Origin: Candidatus Omnitrophota bacterium
Lineage (GTDB): Bacteria; Omnitrophota; Gorgyraeia; Duberdicusellales; 4484-171
Length of the DNA: 64,000 bases
NCBI GenBank assembly: GCA_018826075.1
Contig: JAHKAJ010000025.1
Location: 37,608-101,607 of the forward strand
Direction of reading: 5' to 3'
In this document: one piece after another, positions 17,177 through 26,719 of the stretch
Numbering within the stretch: position 1 is the first letter of the stretch
How the letters are laid out: the number at the start of each line of letters is the position of its first letter
Translations under genes and position numbers: made by a program
The notes under the pieces: generated by a model
Databases searched by the model: none
Seen by the model: only the letters and a program-made list of their open reading frames with translations
What the model was told of the DNA's origin: nothing

Positions 17177-18883
17177 TTAATAAACAACTGCCACTGAAAG
17201 GACTTCCTCCAAAGAAGTTATCCCTTCCTCCACTCTTTTTAAACCGCTCTCCAAAAGAGTGAGTGAACCGTTTTTCTTAGCAGTCTGTATGATCTCCTGA
17301 GGGCTTAAACCCCGGTATATTGCCATCCTCAGCTCTTCATTAACCAGGATGATTTCAGTAATCACTGACCTTCCTTTGTAGCCGATAAAATTGCATTTCT
17401 CACAGCCTTTGGCCCGGTAGATCACCGGAGAGCTGATATTTACACCTTCGGGAAGATTTTCCTTTTTTACTTCATAAGGCTCTTTGCAAGAACTACAAAG
17501 CTTACGCACTAACCGCTGGGCAACGATCAAACGGGTTGAAGCGGTAACCAAATAACTGGGAATACCGATATCCACTAAACGGGTAACTGTTGAAGCCGCA
17601 TCATTGGTGTGAAGAGTCGAAAAAACCAAATGCCCGGTCAAAGCCGCCCGAATAGTCATTTCAGCAGTCTCTAAATCTCTGACTTCTCCTACCAGGATTA
17701 TGTCCGGATCCTGCCGCAAAAAACAACGAAGAGTATTGGCGAAGGTCAGGCCGATCTCCGGCTTGATCTGGACCTGATTAATACCTTCTATCCGGTATTC
17801 CACCGGATCTTCTACGGTAAGAATATTTTTGGTTGAAGATTTGATCTCGTTTAGAGCCGCATAAAGAGTGGTTGATTTTCCTGAACCGGTCGGGCCGGTA
17901 AGAAAAACCAACCCGTAGGAAGAACTAATCCCTTTTCTGATCAGTTCAAGCTCCTGAGGAAGAAAACCCAATTTAGCCAGATCCAGAGGAACCCGGGTTT
18001 TATCCAAAATCCGCAATACCACCTTTTCGCCGTAAATAGTCGGCAAAGTGGAGACCCGCAGATCGATCAGGCGTTTAGCCACTTTTACCATAAAGCCGCC
18101 GTCCTGAGGCAGGCGTTTTTCGGCAATATCCATCTTGGAAAGAATTTTTATTCGTGAGACTATCGGAAGATACAGGGAAGCCGACGGTGAAGGCATATCA
18201 AATAAAACACCGTCAATACGGTAACGCAGGCTTAACTTGTCATAGTGAGGCTCAAGATGAATATCCGAAGCATTCTCCTCAATAGCCTGGCGGATCAAAA
18301 GATCCACTAGTTTAACCACCGGGGCCTCTTCAGCCTGAGCAATAAGCTTATCCAGGCTTAAGTCGGTCTCTTCGGAAATCTCTTTTATCGCCGCCCTTTC
18401 CTCTTCTCCGGCAACCTGAATAGCATCACGAAAAATCTTATCCCGGCCGTAAAAAGATTCCAAAGCCTTTAAAATATCGCTACGAGTTGAAACCACTACG
18501 TTGATCTCACAACCGGTTATTTTTTTTAAATTATCCAGAAGAATCAGATCCAGCGGATCAAACATCACCACAGTCAGGGAGTTAAGGCTGCGCGAAAGCG
18601 GAAGAACGATATTTTTAATGGCGAAATCCTGAGGAATAAGATCCTCCAGATTCTGGTCGGCGTTCGGTTTTAACTTTCCCGAAGCCAAAGAAACATAAGG
18701 AATCGAAAGCTGTTTGCTTAAAGCAATAACGATCTGCTCTTCATTTACATAGCCCAGGCGGATCAATACCTCACCAAGCTTGCCGCCTTCTTTTTCCTGC
18801 AAGGTTATAGCCTCTTTAAGCTGCTTTTCGGCTATAATCCCCTCGGAAATCAAGATATCTCCCAACTTTTTGTAACGCGCCAT
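17177..18883 (-). CDS. pilB: T4P/T2SS assembly ATPase (PilB/GspE) with MshEN-like N-terminus
   Basis: KLGDIL/KLGEVL repeats, GPTGSGKST, RQDPDIILVGEVRD, STLHTND and tetracysteine motif. Confidence 0.95.
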   Translation of the reverse strand: MARYKKLGDILISEGIIAEKQLKEAITLQEKEGGKLGEVLIRLGYVNEEQIVIALSKQLSIPYVSLASGKLKPNADQNLEDLIPQDFAIKNIVLPLSRSLNSLTVVMFDPLDLILLDNLKKITGCEINVVVSTRSDILKALESFYGRDKIFRDAIQVAGEEERAAIKEISEETDLSLDKLIAQAEEAPVVKLVDLLIRQAIEENASDIHLEPHYDKLSLRYRIDGVLFDMPSPSASLYLPIVSRIKILSKMDIAEKRLPQDGGFMVKVAKRLIDLRVSTLPTIYGEKVVLRILDKTRVPLDLAKLGFLPQELELIRKGISSSYGLVFLTGPTGSGKSTTLYAALNEIKSSTKNILTVEDPVEYRIEGINQVQIKPEIGLTFANTLRCFLRQDPDIILVGEVRDLETAEMTIRAALTGHLVFSTLHTNDAASTVTRLVDIGIPSYLVTASTRLIVAQRLVRKLCSSCKEPYEVKKENLPEGVNISSPVIYRAKGCEKCNFIGYKGRSVITEIILVNEELRMAIYRGLSPQEIIQTAKKNGSLTLLESGLKRVEEGITSLEEVLSVAVVY

Positions 18884-18973
18884 TAGCCTGACCTTTTAAA
18901 TAAAAAACAGATGCCAGAACCCAGAGTGTGATTGTATACCCGTTGTCCCCTGCTTCCCGCCATCTGTCTTTGG

Positions 18974-20470
18974 TTATCTTACAAAACTATCTAAAGCTAC
19001 TTTTACTGAGTCTCTCTTTACGGCGTCAACCTGCTCCCGGGAGAAAACTTGTATTTTTTTTGCGCTGATAGATACATTGTCTTCGATGATCCGCGGCGTT
19101 AAAAATAAAAGTAATTCTCGGTCCTGATTATCAGCGCCCGGGCGCTCAGTATAGCTAAAAACTTTACCGATAAAAGGAATATCGCCTAAAAGAGGGATCT
19201 TACGCTTGGTCTCTTTTTCCTCCTTACGGATTAAACCTCCGATATAAAGAGTTTCGCCGTCCTTCAAACGCAGGACACTTTTAGTGCCTCTTTCTTCAAC
19301 GTTTTTCAGGGTGCTTGAGCCGGTCAAACCTTCAATACTTATACCACTGTCCGAAGATTCACGGTTAAAGACTTCGATCATCAAGGTGATTTCCTGAGTA
19401 ATAGGATTAACTTGAGGGGTAACCCTTAGTTTAGTTCCGGTTTTTTCCCGTTCGACATTCTGGGTAACCGAACCGCCGCCTTCAGCACCACGAGTGGTAG
19501 TAACACCGATGGCTTCATTGGTAGTCAAATTAACTTCTGCAGTTTCGTTAGAAACCGTAAGTATTTTCGGCCGGGCAATAAACTTGGTCGAGGTGTCTTC
19601 GGTTACAAATTGCATCACTGAAGTAAAGCTGGTTAGATCAAGAATACTTAAGACCGGCGGGGCCAATCCTCCGACGGTGGATTGGGTAACCGGGGTCCCT
19701 TTTAAAAGACTGTTGCTAAAAGGCACTCTACTTGAACGGGCGCCGGCGGCAGCGCTGGCATAAAGGCCGTTAGCAAAGTTGAAACCTAATTTATCCAGAT
19801 GAGTCTTGGAAACATCAAGCATTTCCACCTCGATCATCACCCGGGGAACCGAGATATCCAATTTACTGACCACTTCATCGATCATCGGGAACTGGACCGG
19901 AACATCTACCACAATCAAGGAATTAGTCAAAGGGTCTTCAGTAACCTTACCGACAGCACTTAAAACAGCCTGGACAGCTTTAGCAATGCCGCCGGTTTCT
20001 TTATTATCCGTACCAGTACCGCCACTTTGGCCTCCGGACTCAAGAATATCATCTATCTCTTCCTGCATCCGGCCGCTCTGGACCCGTACATATTTCAACG
20101 AATAAACCTTGCTCACTAATTCTAAGTTAGGCTTACCCATTTCTTTGACTACAAAAATGTTTGAATCGGGGTAATAGTTATAGGCCAGGTTATTGGCTTT
20201 GAATAAAACATCCATGGCTTCCCTTAAAGGAACCCCGTCCATATAAAGGGTTAGCTTTCTCTCGCGGACCGCCTCGGTAGATACAAAATTCAGCCCGGTC
20301 TGCTGGGAAAGCATTTTTAAAACATCTACCAGTTGAGCCCCTTCAAGGTCAAGAGACACGCGCTTTTCAGCGCTGCTAAGCAGGTATCCTCCATAAATAT
20401 CATCTTGGGAAAACCCGTTACCTAAAAAGATGAACGAACCGGCTAAAATCAAAATAAAAATTTTTTTCAT
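18974..20470 (-). CDS. Secretin (PilQ/GspD family)
   Basis: Signal peptide, STN-like N-domain, DGETLYIGGLI, IPLLGDIPFIG and ELLLFLTPRII. Confidence 0.93.
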   Translation of the reverse strand: MKKIFILILAGSFIFLGNGFSQDDIYGGYLLSSAEKRVSLDLEGAQLVDVLKMLSQQTGLNFVSTEAVRERKLTLYMDGVPLREAMDVLFKANNLAYNYYPDSNIFVVKEMGKPNLELVSKVYSLKYVRVQSGRMQEEIDDILESGGQSGGTGTDNKETGGIAKAVQAVLSAVGKVTEDPLTNSLIVVDVPVQFPMIDEVVSKLDISVPRVMIEVEMLDVSKTHLDKLGFNFANGLYASAAAGARSSRVPFSNSLLKGTPVTQSTVGGLAPPVLSILDLTSFTSVMQFVTEDTSTKFIARPKILTVSNETAEVNLTTNEAIGVTTTRGAEGGGSVTQNVEREKTGTKLRVTPQVNPITQEITLMIEVFNRESSDSGISIEGLTGSSTLKNVEERGTKSVLRLKDGETLYIGGLIRKEEKETKRKIPLLGDIPFIGKVFSYTERPGADNQDRELLLFLTPRIIEDNVSISAKKIQVFSREQVDAVKRDSVKVALDSFVR

Positions 20471-20481
20471 ATTTCCTCCCT

Positions 20482-20823
20482 CTATTTTTTCTTAACAGTC
20501 ATCTTATGGACCTTATCGCCTTGGACTATAAAGACTACGTTATCGGTAATTCGCAACAAAGAGGCATTCTCAATGCTTTTAAGTTTATCTCCGACTTTAT
20601 AAACATCACCGTCAATGATCGCCTGGGGTATGGCACTACCCCAAAGAACCCCCTGAATAACCACATCCAAAGGCTTTGCTGCTTCCTGAGACGCAAGCTC
20701 AGATACTTTAGCTTCCTCCTTAGGCAATAAAGATTCAAAGGGGTTGCGATAGCTCTCAGCCGAATAAAGCAAGATCGGTAAAAGTAAAAACAACAAAAGG
20801 AAAACTATCTTTACGATCTTCAT
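20482..20823 (-). CDS. PilP/GspB-like pilus assembly protein
   Basis: YRNPFES and GVLWG...AIIDG..YKVGD motifs; lies just upstream of the secretin. Confidence 0.65.
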   Translation of the reverse strand: MKIVKIVFLLLFLLLPILLYSAESYRNPFESLLPKEEAKVSELASQEAAKPLDVVIQGVLWGSAIPQAIIDGDVYKVGDKLKSIENASLLRITDNVVFIVQGDKVHKMTVKKK

Positions 20824-21299
20824 TTAACAACAACCCCCTTCAGCTCGGCATTAACCGAGAGACTATCTTGGCTGCCGCTTAATCTGGCGCTAGTCACTTC
20901 AATATTTTTTGCCGCTAAAGAATCTACGAATTTTATGAAATCGCTGTAAGTACAGGTTGCCTGAAACTGCGCTAAGGCTTCCCAATAAGCGTCCCGGTCA
21001 AACCGGGAAAGCCTTAATGAAACTAACTCAATATTAAAAAACTTGGCTTTTTCTTCAATGAATTTTTTAACCAACAGGCTGTCTTCCTTGAATAAATTAC
21101 TTTTAAGCGTGTTGGATTGGCTATTAAGGCTTTCCCACTGATGCATAACTATCTGAGCCTCTTCGATCTCTTTATCTTCCCTGGCCAGATTAGCAAGCTT
21201 GGATGAATAATGAGAGTGAAGGCTTCTTATAAGAAAAAGGCTGACCAGGACAACTCCGATTGCCAGGATAATATTTTTATAACGGGCTAATTCCTTCAT
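20820..21299 (-). CDS. PilO/GspM-like protein
   Basis: TM helix, coiled coil and ferredoxin-like C-terminus (TYSDFIKFVDSL); synteny. Confidence 0.6.
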   Translation of the reverse strand: MKELARYKNIILAIGVVLVSLFLIRSLHSHYSSKLANLAREDKEIEEAQIVMHQWESLNSQSNTLKSNLFKEDSLLVKKFIEEKAKFFNIELVSLRLSRFDRDAYWEALAQFQATCTYSDFIKFVDSLAAKNIEVTSARLSGSQDSLSVNAELKGVVVK

Positions 21300-22786
21300 T
21301 ATTTTAAATTTATTGAAAAATAAGTGACTAAAAACTCTTTTTGCGGCTGCCGCCGGGAAGATTCAATCTCGACGGTCGAAAAAAGAGCCTGCAAAGAACT
21401 GTCATTTTTAAGCTTAGTCACGAAATCGTCTAAAGTCAAGCGTTCCTTGTAATCGTCATCGCGAAAAACATAACCGCTTATCTTGGCCTGATAACCTTTG
21501 TCCTGACGGTTAAGCTGAAAATTTTCCAACCAAAGGCCATCCGGAAGGGTCCGGCGGCTGGAGAGAGAAGTAAAAACCCCCGAAAGATTATTAAACGAAT
21601 CCAAAGCGCTTTTAAGCTTGTTCAATTCTGACTCTAAATCATCAACGGCTTTTTTATGCTGGCTCCAAGGCAGGCTTTCAAGGCCCTGGGGCACAAAAAC
21701 CGCATCTCTTTTCTTTCTTAATTCGACCTCTTTTAAGGAAACTTCGTTACCCATGATCACTGCGATAAAAAGCGCGATAGCCAATCCGGCCCCCAAGATA
21801 AGCGACATAACTCCTAACCTTAAAGGCGGGATCTCGGTCACCACCTCGGCCACTTCTAACTCTTGAGAATCTTTAGTTTTTTGAAAGCGTGGCCTGAAAG
21901 CTGCCGGGTATTGATCGGCAACTGCTGCCCCGAAAGCCTTGCTGCTTTCGACGCTGGCATTATTGCGGCGGGTTATATCGAAAGGCGAAGTTGCCTCAAC
22001 AGCAACCTGCAGGCTTTCTTCCAAAACTTTAGTCAACTCTTTACTTTCGATATCGCTGACCACTACGAATTTATCTATTTTATAGGAACGAAACTCCCGC
22101 TTAAAATACTGGTAAGAAAAATCTACCGATTCAGAAAACTTGACGGTATCAAAAACATCTTCTTTTTTAGGGATAGTCAAGTAACGATTGAACACCGGCA
22201 GGTCGTTTTGGAAAAAAGTAAGGTGGGATTCTGCTTCAGTTAAGTCCAAAAGGGCAAAATCCCGCAATTTTGAAAACTTTTTTAAAGATTTAAGTGCCCG
22301 GACTAACGATAAGGAAGACGGCTCAATAGAAACTGCTCTTGCTCCCAAACGGTTTAAAATCTCCCTTACCCGCTGAAGGTTTCCTTCACGAATACCGATA
22401 AAAGAAACACTCATCTTCTTGTCTTTAGGAAAACGGGTAGTTTCGTATGCCCACTCAAGCTCGCCTATCTTAAAAGGTATATACTTTTCAACTTCATAGG
22501 CTAATGAAGATTCGATCTCTGCTTTGCGCATCAATGGCATTTCCAGGGAACGAAAGATGAAATCCCGATCAGCCAAAGAAAGACAGATATCAGCTCCGTC
22601 GGCATTAGCATCCCTTAAAGCTTTATTGATTAAAGCTTCCAAACGGACATCTTTGTCAACAATTTCGGCTTTTGCTTCACCAAGCTCAGAAATATTGAAA
22701 TTGCTCAAAGTCATGACTTCCCGGCCGGAAACTACTGCCACGCCTAAAGAACTGACTCCTAAATATAATCCAACAGTTTTAGCCAT
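21299..22786 (-). CDS. PilM-like cytoplasmic domain fused to a TM helix and PilN-like domain (GspL-like architecture)
   Basis: VGLYLG start, FRSLEMP...EVEKYIPF motif, internal TM helix, then LPDGLWLENF typical of PilN. Confidence 0.75.
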   Translation of the reverse strand: MAKTVGLYLGVSSLGVAVVSGREVMTLSNFNISELGEAKAEIVDKDVRLEALINKALRDANADGADICLSLADRDFIFRSLEMPLMRKAEIESSLAYEVEKYIPFKIGELEWAYETTRFPKDKKMSVSFIGIREGNLQRVREILNRLGARAVSIEPSSLSLVRALKSLKKFSKLRDFALLDLTEAESHLTFFQNDLPVFNRYLTIPKKEDVFDTVKFSESVDFSYQYFKREFRSYKIDKFVVVSDIESKELTKVLEESLQVAVEATSPFDITRRNNASVESSKAFGAAVADQYPAAFRPRFQKTKDSQELEVAEVVTEIPPLRLGVMSLILGAGLAIALFIAVIMGNEVSLKEVELRKKRDAVFVPQGLESLPWSQHKKAVDDLESELNKLKSALDSFNNLSGVFTSLSSRRTLPDGLWLENFQLNRQDKGYQAKISGYVFRDDDYKERLTLDDFVTKLKNDSSLQALFSTVEIESSRRQPQKEFLVTYFSINLK

Positions 22787-22789
22787 ATT

Positions 22790-22978
22790 TTAACCCCGAC
22801 TGCACTCCTTGATCCAACCGTCAATATACCTGCGGTCAAAACGCCAGACTTTACCGATCTTCATCCCGGTAATCTTCTTTGAATGCAGCCAATTATAGAT
22901 CGTCTGCTTCTGCAAGCCAAGATAATCGGCCAATTCATCAACACTCATCAAACGAGGGACTGTCTTTCTTTTCATCAT
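22790..22978 (-). CDS. Excisionase-like helix-turn-helix (HTH_17) protein
   Basis: LMSVDELADYLGL...TIYNW...KIGKVWRF. Confidence 0.85.
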   Translation of the reverse strand: MMKRKTVPRLMSVDELADYLGLQKQTIYNWLHSKKITGMKIGKVWRFDRRYIDGWIKECSRG

Positions 22979-23118
22979 TTGTTATAAAATGGTTACATTT
23001 CTATTAAATTATTTTTGTTTGCTTCTGTCAAGAATAATTTCCTACAATTTAACCCTGTTTTCAACATATTGTAGTGGTTTGGCCATACCACTAGATATTG
23101 TGCTTTCCTTTTAAACCT

Positions 23119-23209
23119 TACCACCTACGAGGTGGAATATAGGTATATTAAATTATATTAGTAAATAAAGGGGTTTTAGGGGCTGATTTATACCACCTAC
23201 GAGGTGGTA
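23119..23209. repeat. Pair of short palindromic TACCACCTACGAGGTGG repeats
   Basis: 17-bp direct repeat at 23119-23135 and 23191-23207, each a CCACCT-acg-AGGTGG hairpin; related copies at 49360-49411. Confidence 0.8.
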
Positions 23210-24069
23210 CTGGTTGGAACCAAAAGATGGGCTAAATAGGAGGAACGGACATAGGGGCCACTGGCCACTGCTTTAAAACCCAGAGTTAAAGCGTAGGTTT
23301 TTAGCTCTGAAAAAACTTCTGGATGAATATAGGCTTTTAAAGGGTAGTGGCTTAAGGAAGGTGGCAAATACTGGCCTAAAGTTAAAAAATCACAATCCAC
23401 AAAACGTAAATCTTTTAAAACCCGCTTTAGCTGCTTCTTTTTTTCGCCTAAACCGAGCATTAAACCGGATTTAGTGTAAACTTTCGAGTTTATTTGCTTA
23501 ATAGCGGCTAAAACTCCCAAGGAACGCTGGTAATCAGCGCCCGGCCTTACTTGCCGGTACAGGCCGGGAACAGTTTCCAGATTATGAGCTATGGTTTCAG
23601 CTCCGGATAAAGCTACTTCCCTAAAGGAATCTTTTCGGCCTAAAAAATCAGGTATGAGAATTTCTATTCTTTTCCCGGGGCTTAAATTTAAAATTTCCCT
23701 GACCGTCTGGGAAAAATACCCGGCTCCCCCATCGATCAGGTCGTCACGGGCAGGTGAAGTGATTACCAGATAATCCAAGCTTAAAAAACTCACTGCCTGG
23801 GCTATCCGGCGGGGTTCATCGGGATCAGGGTCTTGGGGCTTGATCTTACTCAACCCGCAAAAACTACAGCTGCGAGTGCAAGTTTGGCCTAAAATTAAAA
23901 AAGTAGCCACTCCTTTAGAAAAACATTCAGAGATATTAGGGCAGCCTGATTCATGACAAACCGTATTCAGCTTAAACTTGCGCAAAGCTAATTTCAGGCT
24001 GCGGCAGGAGTTTAAAGCAAGGTTTTTTTTAAGCCAGGCTGGCCGGGACAAATTAGGGGAAAGGCGCAT
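23197..24069 (-). CDS. lipA: Lipoyl synthase
   Basis: CHESGCPNISEC (Cx4Cx5C), CTRSCSFC radical-SAM motif and RSSY. Exact start uncertain. Confidence 0.95.
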   Translation of the reverse strand: MRLSPNLSRPAWLKKNLALNSCRSLKLALRKFKLNTVCHESGCPNISECFSKGVATFLILGQTCTRSCSFCGLSKIKPQDPDPDEPRRIAQAVSFLSLDYLVITSPARDDLIDGGAGYFSQTVREILNLSPGKRIEILIPDFLGRKDSFREVALSGAETIAHNLETVPGLYRQVRPGADYQRSLGVLAAIKQINSKVYTKSGLMLGLGEKKKQLKRVLKDLRFVDCDFLTLGQYLPPSLSHYPLKAYIHPEVFSELKTYALTLGFKAVASGPYVRSSYLAHLLVPTSTTS

Positions 24070-24397
24070 ATTCATGACCAACATCAACAGAAATAGATGT
24101 ATTATTCACCGTAACCGTAAGATTTGTCCTATCTTTAAGTACGTAAGTTGCACTGTCGGCATCCGGGCCAATACCGTCATTACGTACACCTAAAAGTTCA
24201 TTGCTAACGTTAGAGTAAATACTGGGATTAGCCCGGCTGATAAGCTGTCCTTTCTTCAAGCCATAGTTGGCAGAATTTTCTAAAACTTTACGGAGATAAT
24301 CTCTTTCTACTAAGGACTTAAAATTCGGATTAAAACCGACAAAAGCCGACAAAAGCAAAGAAACCATGATTGTGATTGAAACTATTATTGCTATCAT
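24053..24397 (-). CDS. Small pilus-associated protein (possibly PilX-like)
   Basis: Hydrophobic N-terminus; coupled to the upstream minor pilins. Confidence 0.5.
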   Translation of the reverse strand: MIAIIVSITIMVSLLLSAFVGFNPNFKSLVERDYLRKVLENSANYGLKKGQLISRANPSIYSNVSNELLGVRNDGIGPDADSATYVLKDRTNLTVTVNNTSISVDVGHEYAPFP

Positions 24398-25020
24398 TGT
24401 ATTACATCAATAAACCAAAAACTTATCCCCTCTTCCCGGGAAACATCAAGGCTGCCTAACACCTGATTAGCGGTAATGTTGGCAGTAATAAAATTAGGTT
24501 CATCATAGATGATATTGCCTAAACTGTCCACCCCGATCTCCCTGTGTTCCAGGTGCATCGACGGACTGTACCTTCCATCGATTAAAATCTCTCGGGTGCT
24601 AGTGGTAACCGCAGGAACAACCGTATTGTCAGTAATAGTTATCTCTAAGGCTAGACTTCCGGGATTATCGGGATCATCACTCGGTAATATTTTATAAGTG
24701 TAAATCGCGTTATCATCAGTTTCATCAGGAGTTATATGATAGATATCTTTCTCGCCCTGAAAAGTAAAAAAAGTCGTATCGCTGATAGTTATATTTCCTC
24801 CGCTGGCGGTAATCGGCGTGATTATTTCAATAGCCCCGACACAACGTATCCGCATATCATCAAGGCTGTAATTTATCTGGCTCCAGGCATTATAGCGTTC
24901 AGTGCTGATATTTACCTGTCGGATAAAAAATATCGAAAAAGCGACTAAAGCCAAAATTATAAAGCCGATCAAACCGGAAACTACAATGATCTCTATTAAA
25001 GTAAAGGCCTTTTTCTTCAT
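24394..25020 (-). CDS. Minor pilin (PilW-like)
   Basis: KKA|FTLIEII prepilin motif. Confidence 0.8.
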   Translation of the reverse strand: MKKKAFTLIEIIVVSGLIGFIILALVAFSIFFIRQVNISTERYNAWSQINYSLDDMRIRCVGAIEIITPITASGGNITISDTTFFTFQGEKDIYHITPDETDDNAIYTYKILPSDDPDNPGSLALEITITDNTVVPAVTTSTREILIDGRYSPSMHLEHREIGVDSLGNIIYDEPNFITANITANQVLGSLDVSREEGISFWFIDVIQ

Positions 25021-25033
25021 AACTTATTTTTAG

Positions 25034-25855
25034 CTAATTCTGAGTCTCAAATGCCAGCATCATCAGATTAGCCCGAGTAATACTTATAACGCCGGAAGTT
25101 GTATCTTTATACCAGCGGACTTGGAGAGTGTGAGCACCAGCGGCTACGTTAGGAATAACCGTATTGTTACTAATCAAAGGCTGCGAAAGAATCGGTGTAC
25201 CGGTTTTCTGTCCTTGCTGAGCACCGTCTAAAAAACATTTAGTAACTATATTCTCGGTACCGGCAAGGCCAGCGGGATTAGTAATATTAACAGCGATATT
25301 ATAAAAAACATTCAAATCCTTTACTACCGGATAATTAAAAGTAATAGTCAGGTCGCCTACCAACTGGAAACTGCTAGGTGGTACTGTGCAGGAAGAAGTA
25401 GCACAGCTACTGTCCATTACCCTTCTTTCAAGATGGACAAAAGGATAAGGTATTAGATTGCGCAGGGTAAGTTTTTTCCATTTATTGGCGATATTTCCGG
25501 AAGCGCCTTCATCGGGATAGGTAACAGTCACATCGATCTGCTTATAAGGTATGTTCTTGGAAGTACCTGCCCAGAAAAGTTCCTGGACTTCAGTTTCCCA
25601 ATGAAAAATATCCTCATTACCCTGTTCAATGCCTAAAAGGACATTCTCATAGGAATGGGCCAGGAGGCTTTCTTTATGGGCCAGGGCAATACTGGTTGCC
25701 CTGGCCTCATTTCTTGATCTTCTCAACAGATAATTGCCGGAACTCAACACCGCAGAAACTGCCCCGGCTCCTATGGCTATCAAAACAATAGCCACCAAAA
25801 GCTCAATAAGGGTGATACCCTTACGCTGATAATCTTTATGCCTCATGCTGTACAT
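25034..25855 (-). CDS. Minor pilin (PilV-like) with an extra C-terminal beta domain
   Basis: RKG|ITLIELLVA prepilin motif and extended C-terminus. Confidence 0.8.
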   Translation of the reverse strand: MYSMRHKDYQRKGITLIELLVAIVLIAIGAGAVSAVLSSGNYLLRRSRNEARATSIALAHKESLLAHSYENVLLGIEQGNEDIFHWETEVQELFWAGTSKNIPYKQIDVTVTYPDEGASGNIANKWKKLTLRNLIPYPFVHLERRVMDSSCATSSCTVPPSSFQLVGDLTITFNYPVVKDLNVFYNIAVNITNPAGLAGTENIVTKCFLDGAQQGQKTGTPILSQPLISNNTVIPNVAAGAHTLQVRWYKDTTSGVISITRANLMMLAFETQN

Positions 25856-25891
25856 CTACACTTGCTAATCTTTACCTAACTCTCAGCCTTC

Positions 25892-26683
25892 TTAAAGCGT
25901 CGGTATAATCGTAATAATCAAGTTGCGATCATAAGCTGTCAAATCCATAGCAGTATCATTATACCACTTGACTTCGACATTTAACTCCTCAGGAAACTCA
26001 CCATTAAACATATCCGGCGTAAGGACTACACTGCCGGTGATGTTGGGGTCAACCGCTTTAAAACCAGTAACTGCTTCTCCGGCACTGGGAACAGTCATGG
26101 TTGCCAGAGAACCTCTTGCTACACCCTCAACAAACAGCCGGGTATAAGCATTGCCTTCCGGAAAACGCTGGTAAGATTTACCTGTCCAGCCCGGGCAATA
26201 CCAAGGGTCATGTTTTCTCCATAATTCCTCAGGGTGAACACTGCCTTCAATCCTTACAGTCCAGTTAATTGTGATCTTGGCTGTTTTTTTGTACTGGCTA
26301 AGGCCTAAAATTTCAAAATTAATGGCAGTAGATAAACCGCTCATCGAAACATACTCTCCGTCACCAGGGATACGGGTAAACACTTCATTGCCCGACGCAT
26401 CAAGGTCTACATAATAGCCGAAATAGCCAGCATCAGGCGTCCCGAGCGGCGCGCGTCTGCGTAAGCTATAATGATCATCGACATATCGGCCGCAAGCAGC
26501 ATTCCCGGGTTCCCAGGAATAAAAATCTGGGTAGCGGGTGGCCGCACAACTGGTCGAGTTCTGCGGAGCAACCGGAAGCAGCAAAGGAGCTACAGCACTC
26601 TGGGCGCTGCTATCGCCAGTTTCAGCATAGACACAAGGCAGAATCAAAAGCCCTAACAACAAGCCAATCAACACACTCTTCAT
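25892..26683 (-). CDS. Secreted protein of unknown function in the minor-pilin block
   Basis: Signal peptide (VYA|E) and AGGAGG RBS. Confidence 0.65.
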   Translation of the reverse strand: MKSVLIGLLLGLLILPCVYAETGDSSAQSAVAPLLLPVAPQNSTSCAATRYPDFYSWEPGNAACGRYVDDHYSLRRRAPLGTPDAGYFGYYVDLDASGNEVFTRIPGDGEYVSMSGLSTAINFEILGLSQYKKTAKITINWTVRIEGSVHPEELWRKHDPWYCPGWTGKSYQRFPEGNAYTRLFVEGVARGSLATMTVPSAGEAVTGFKAVDPNITGSVVLTPDMFNGEFPEELNVEVKWYNDTAMDLTAYDRNLIITIIPTL

Positions 26684-26719
26684 TCTACACCTCCTTTTAT
26701 CGCCTAAAATAAGCTTTAC

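Noticed and set aside
22790-22978. Prophage or ICE marked by an excisionase
   Set aside because: No integrase, att sites or phage genes nearby.
23119-23209. Possible CRISPR mini-array
   Set aside because: Only two 17-bp repeats with a 55-bp gap and no cas genes; fits a REP-like pair better.
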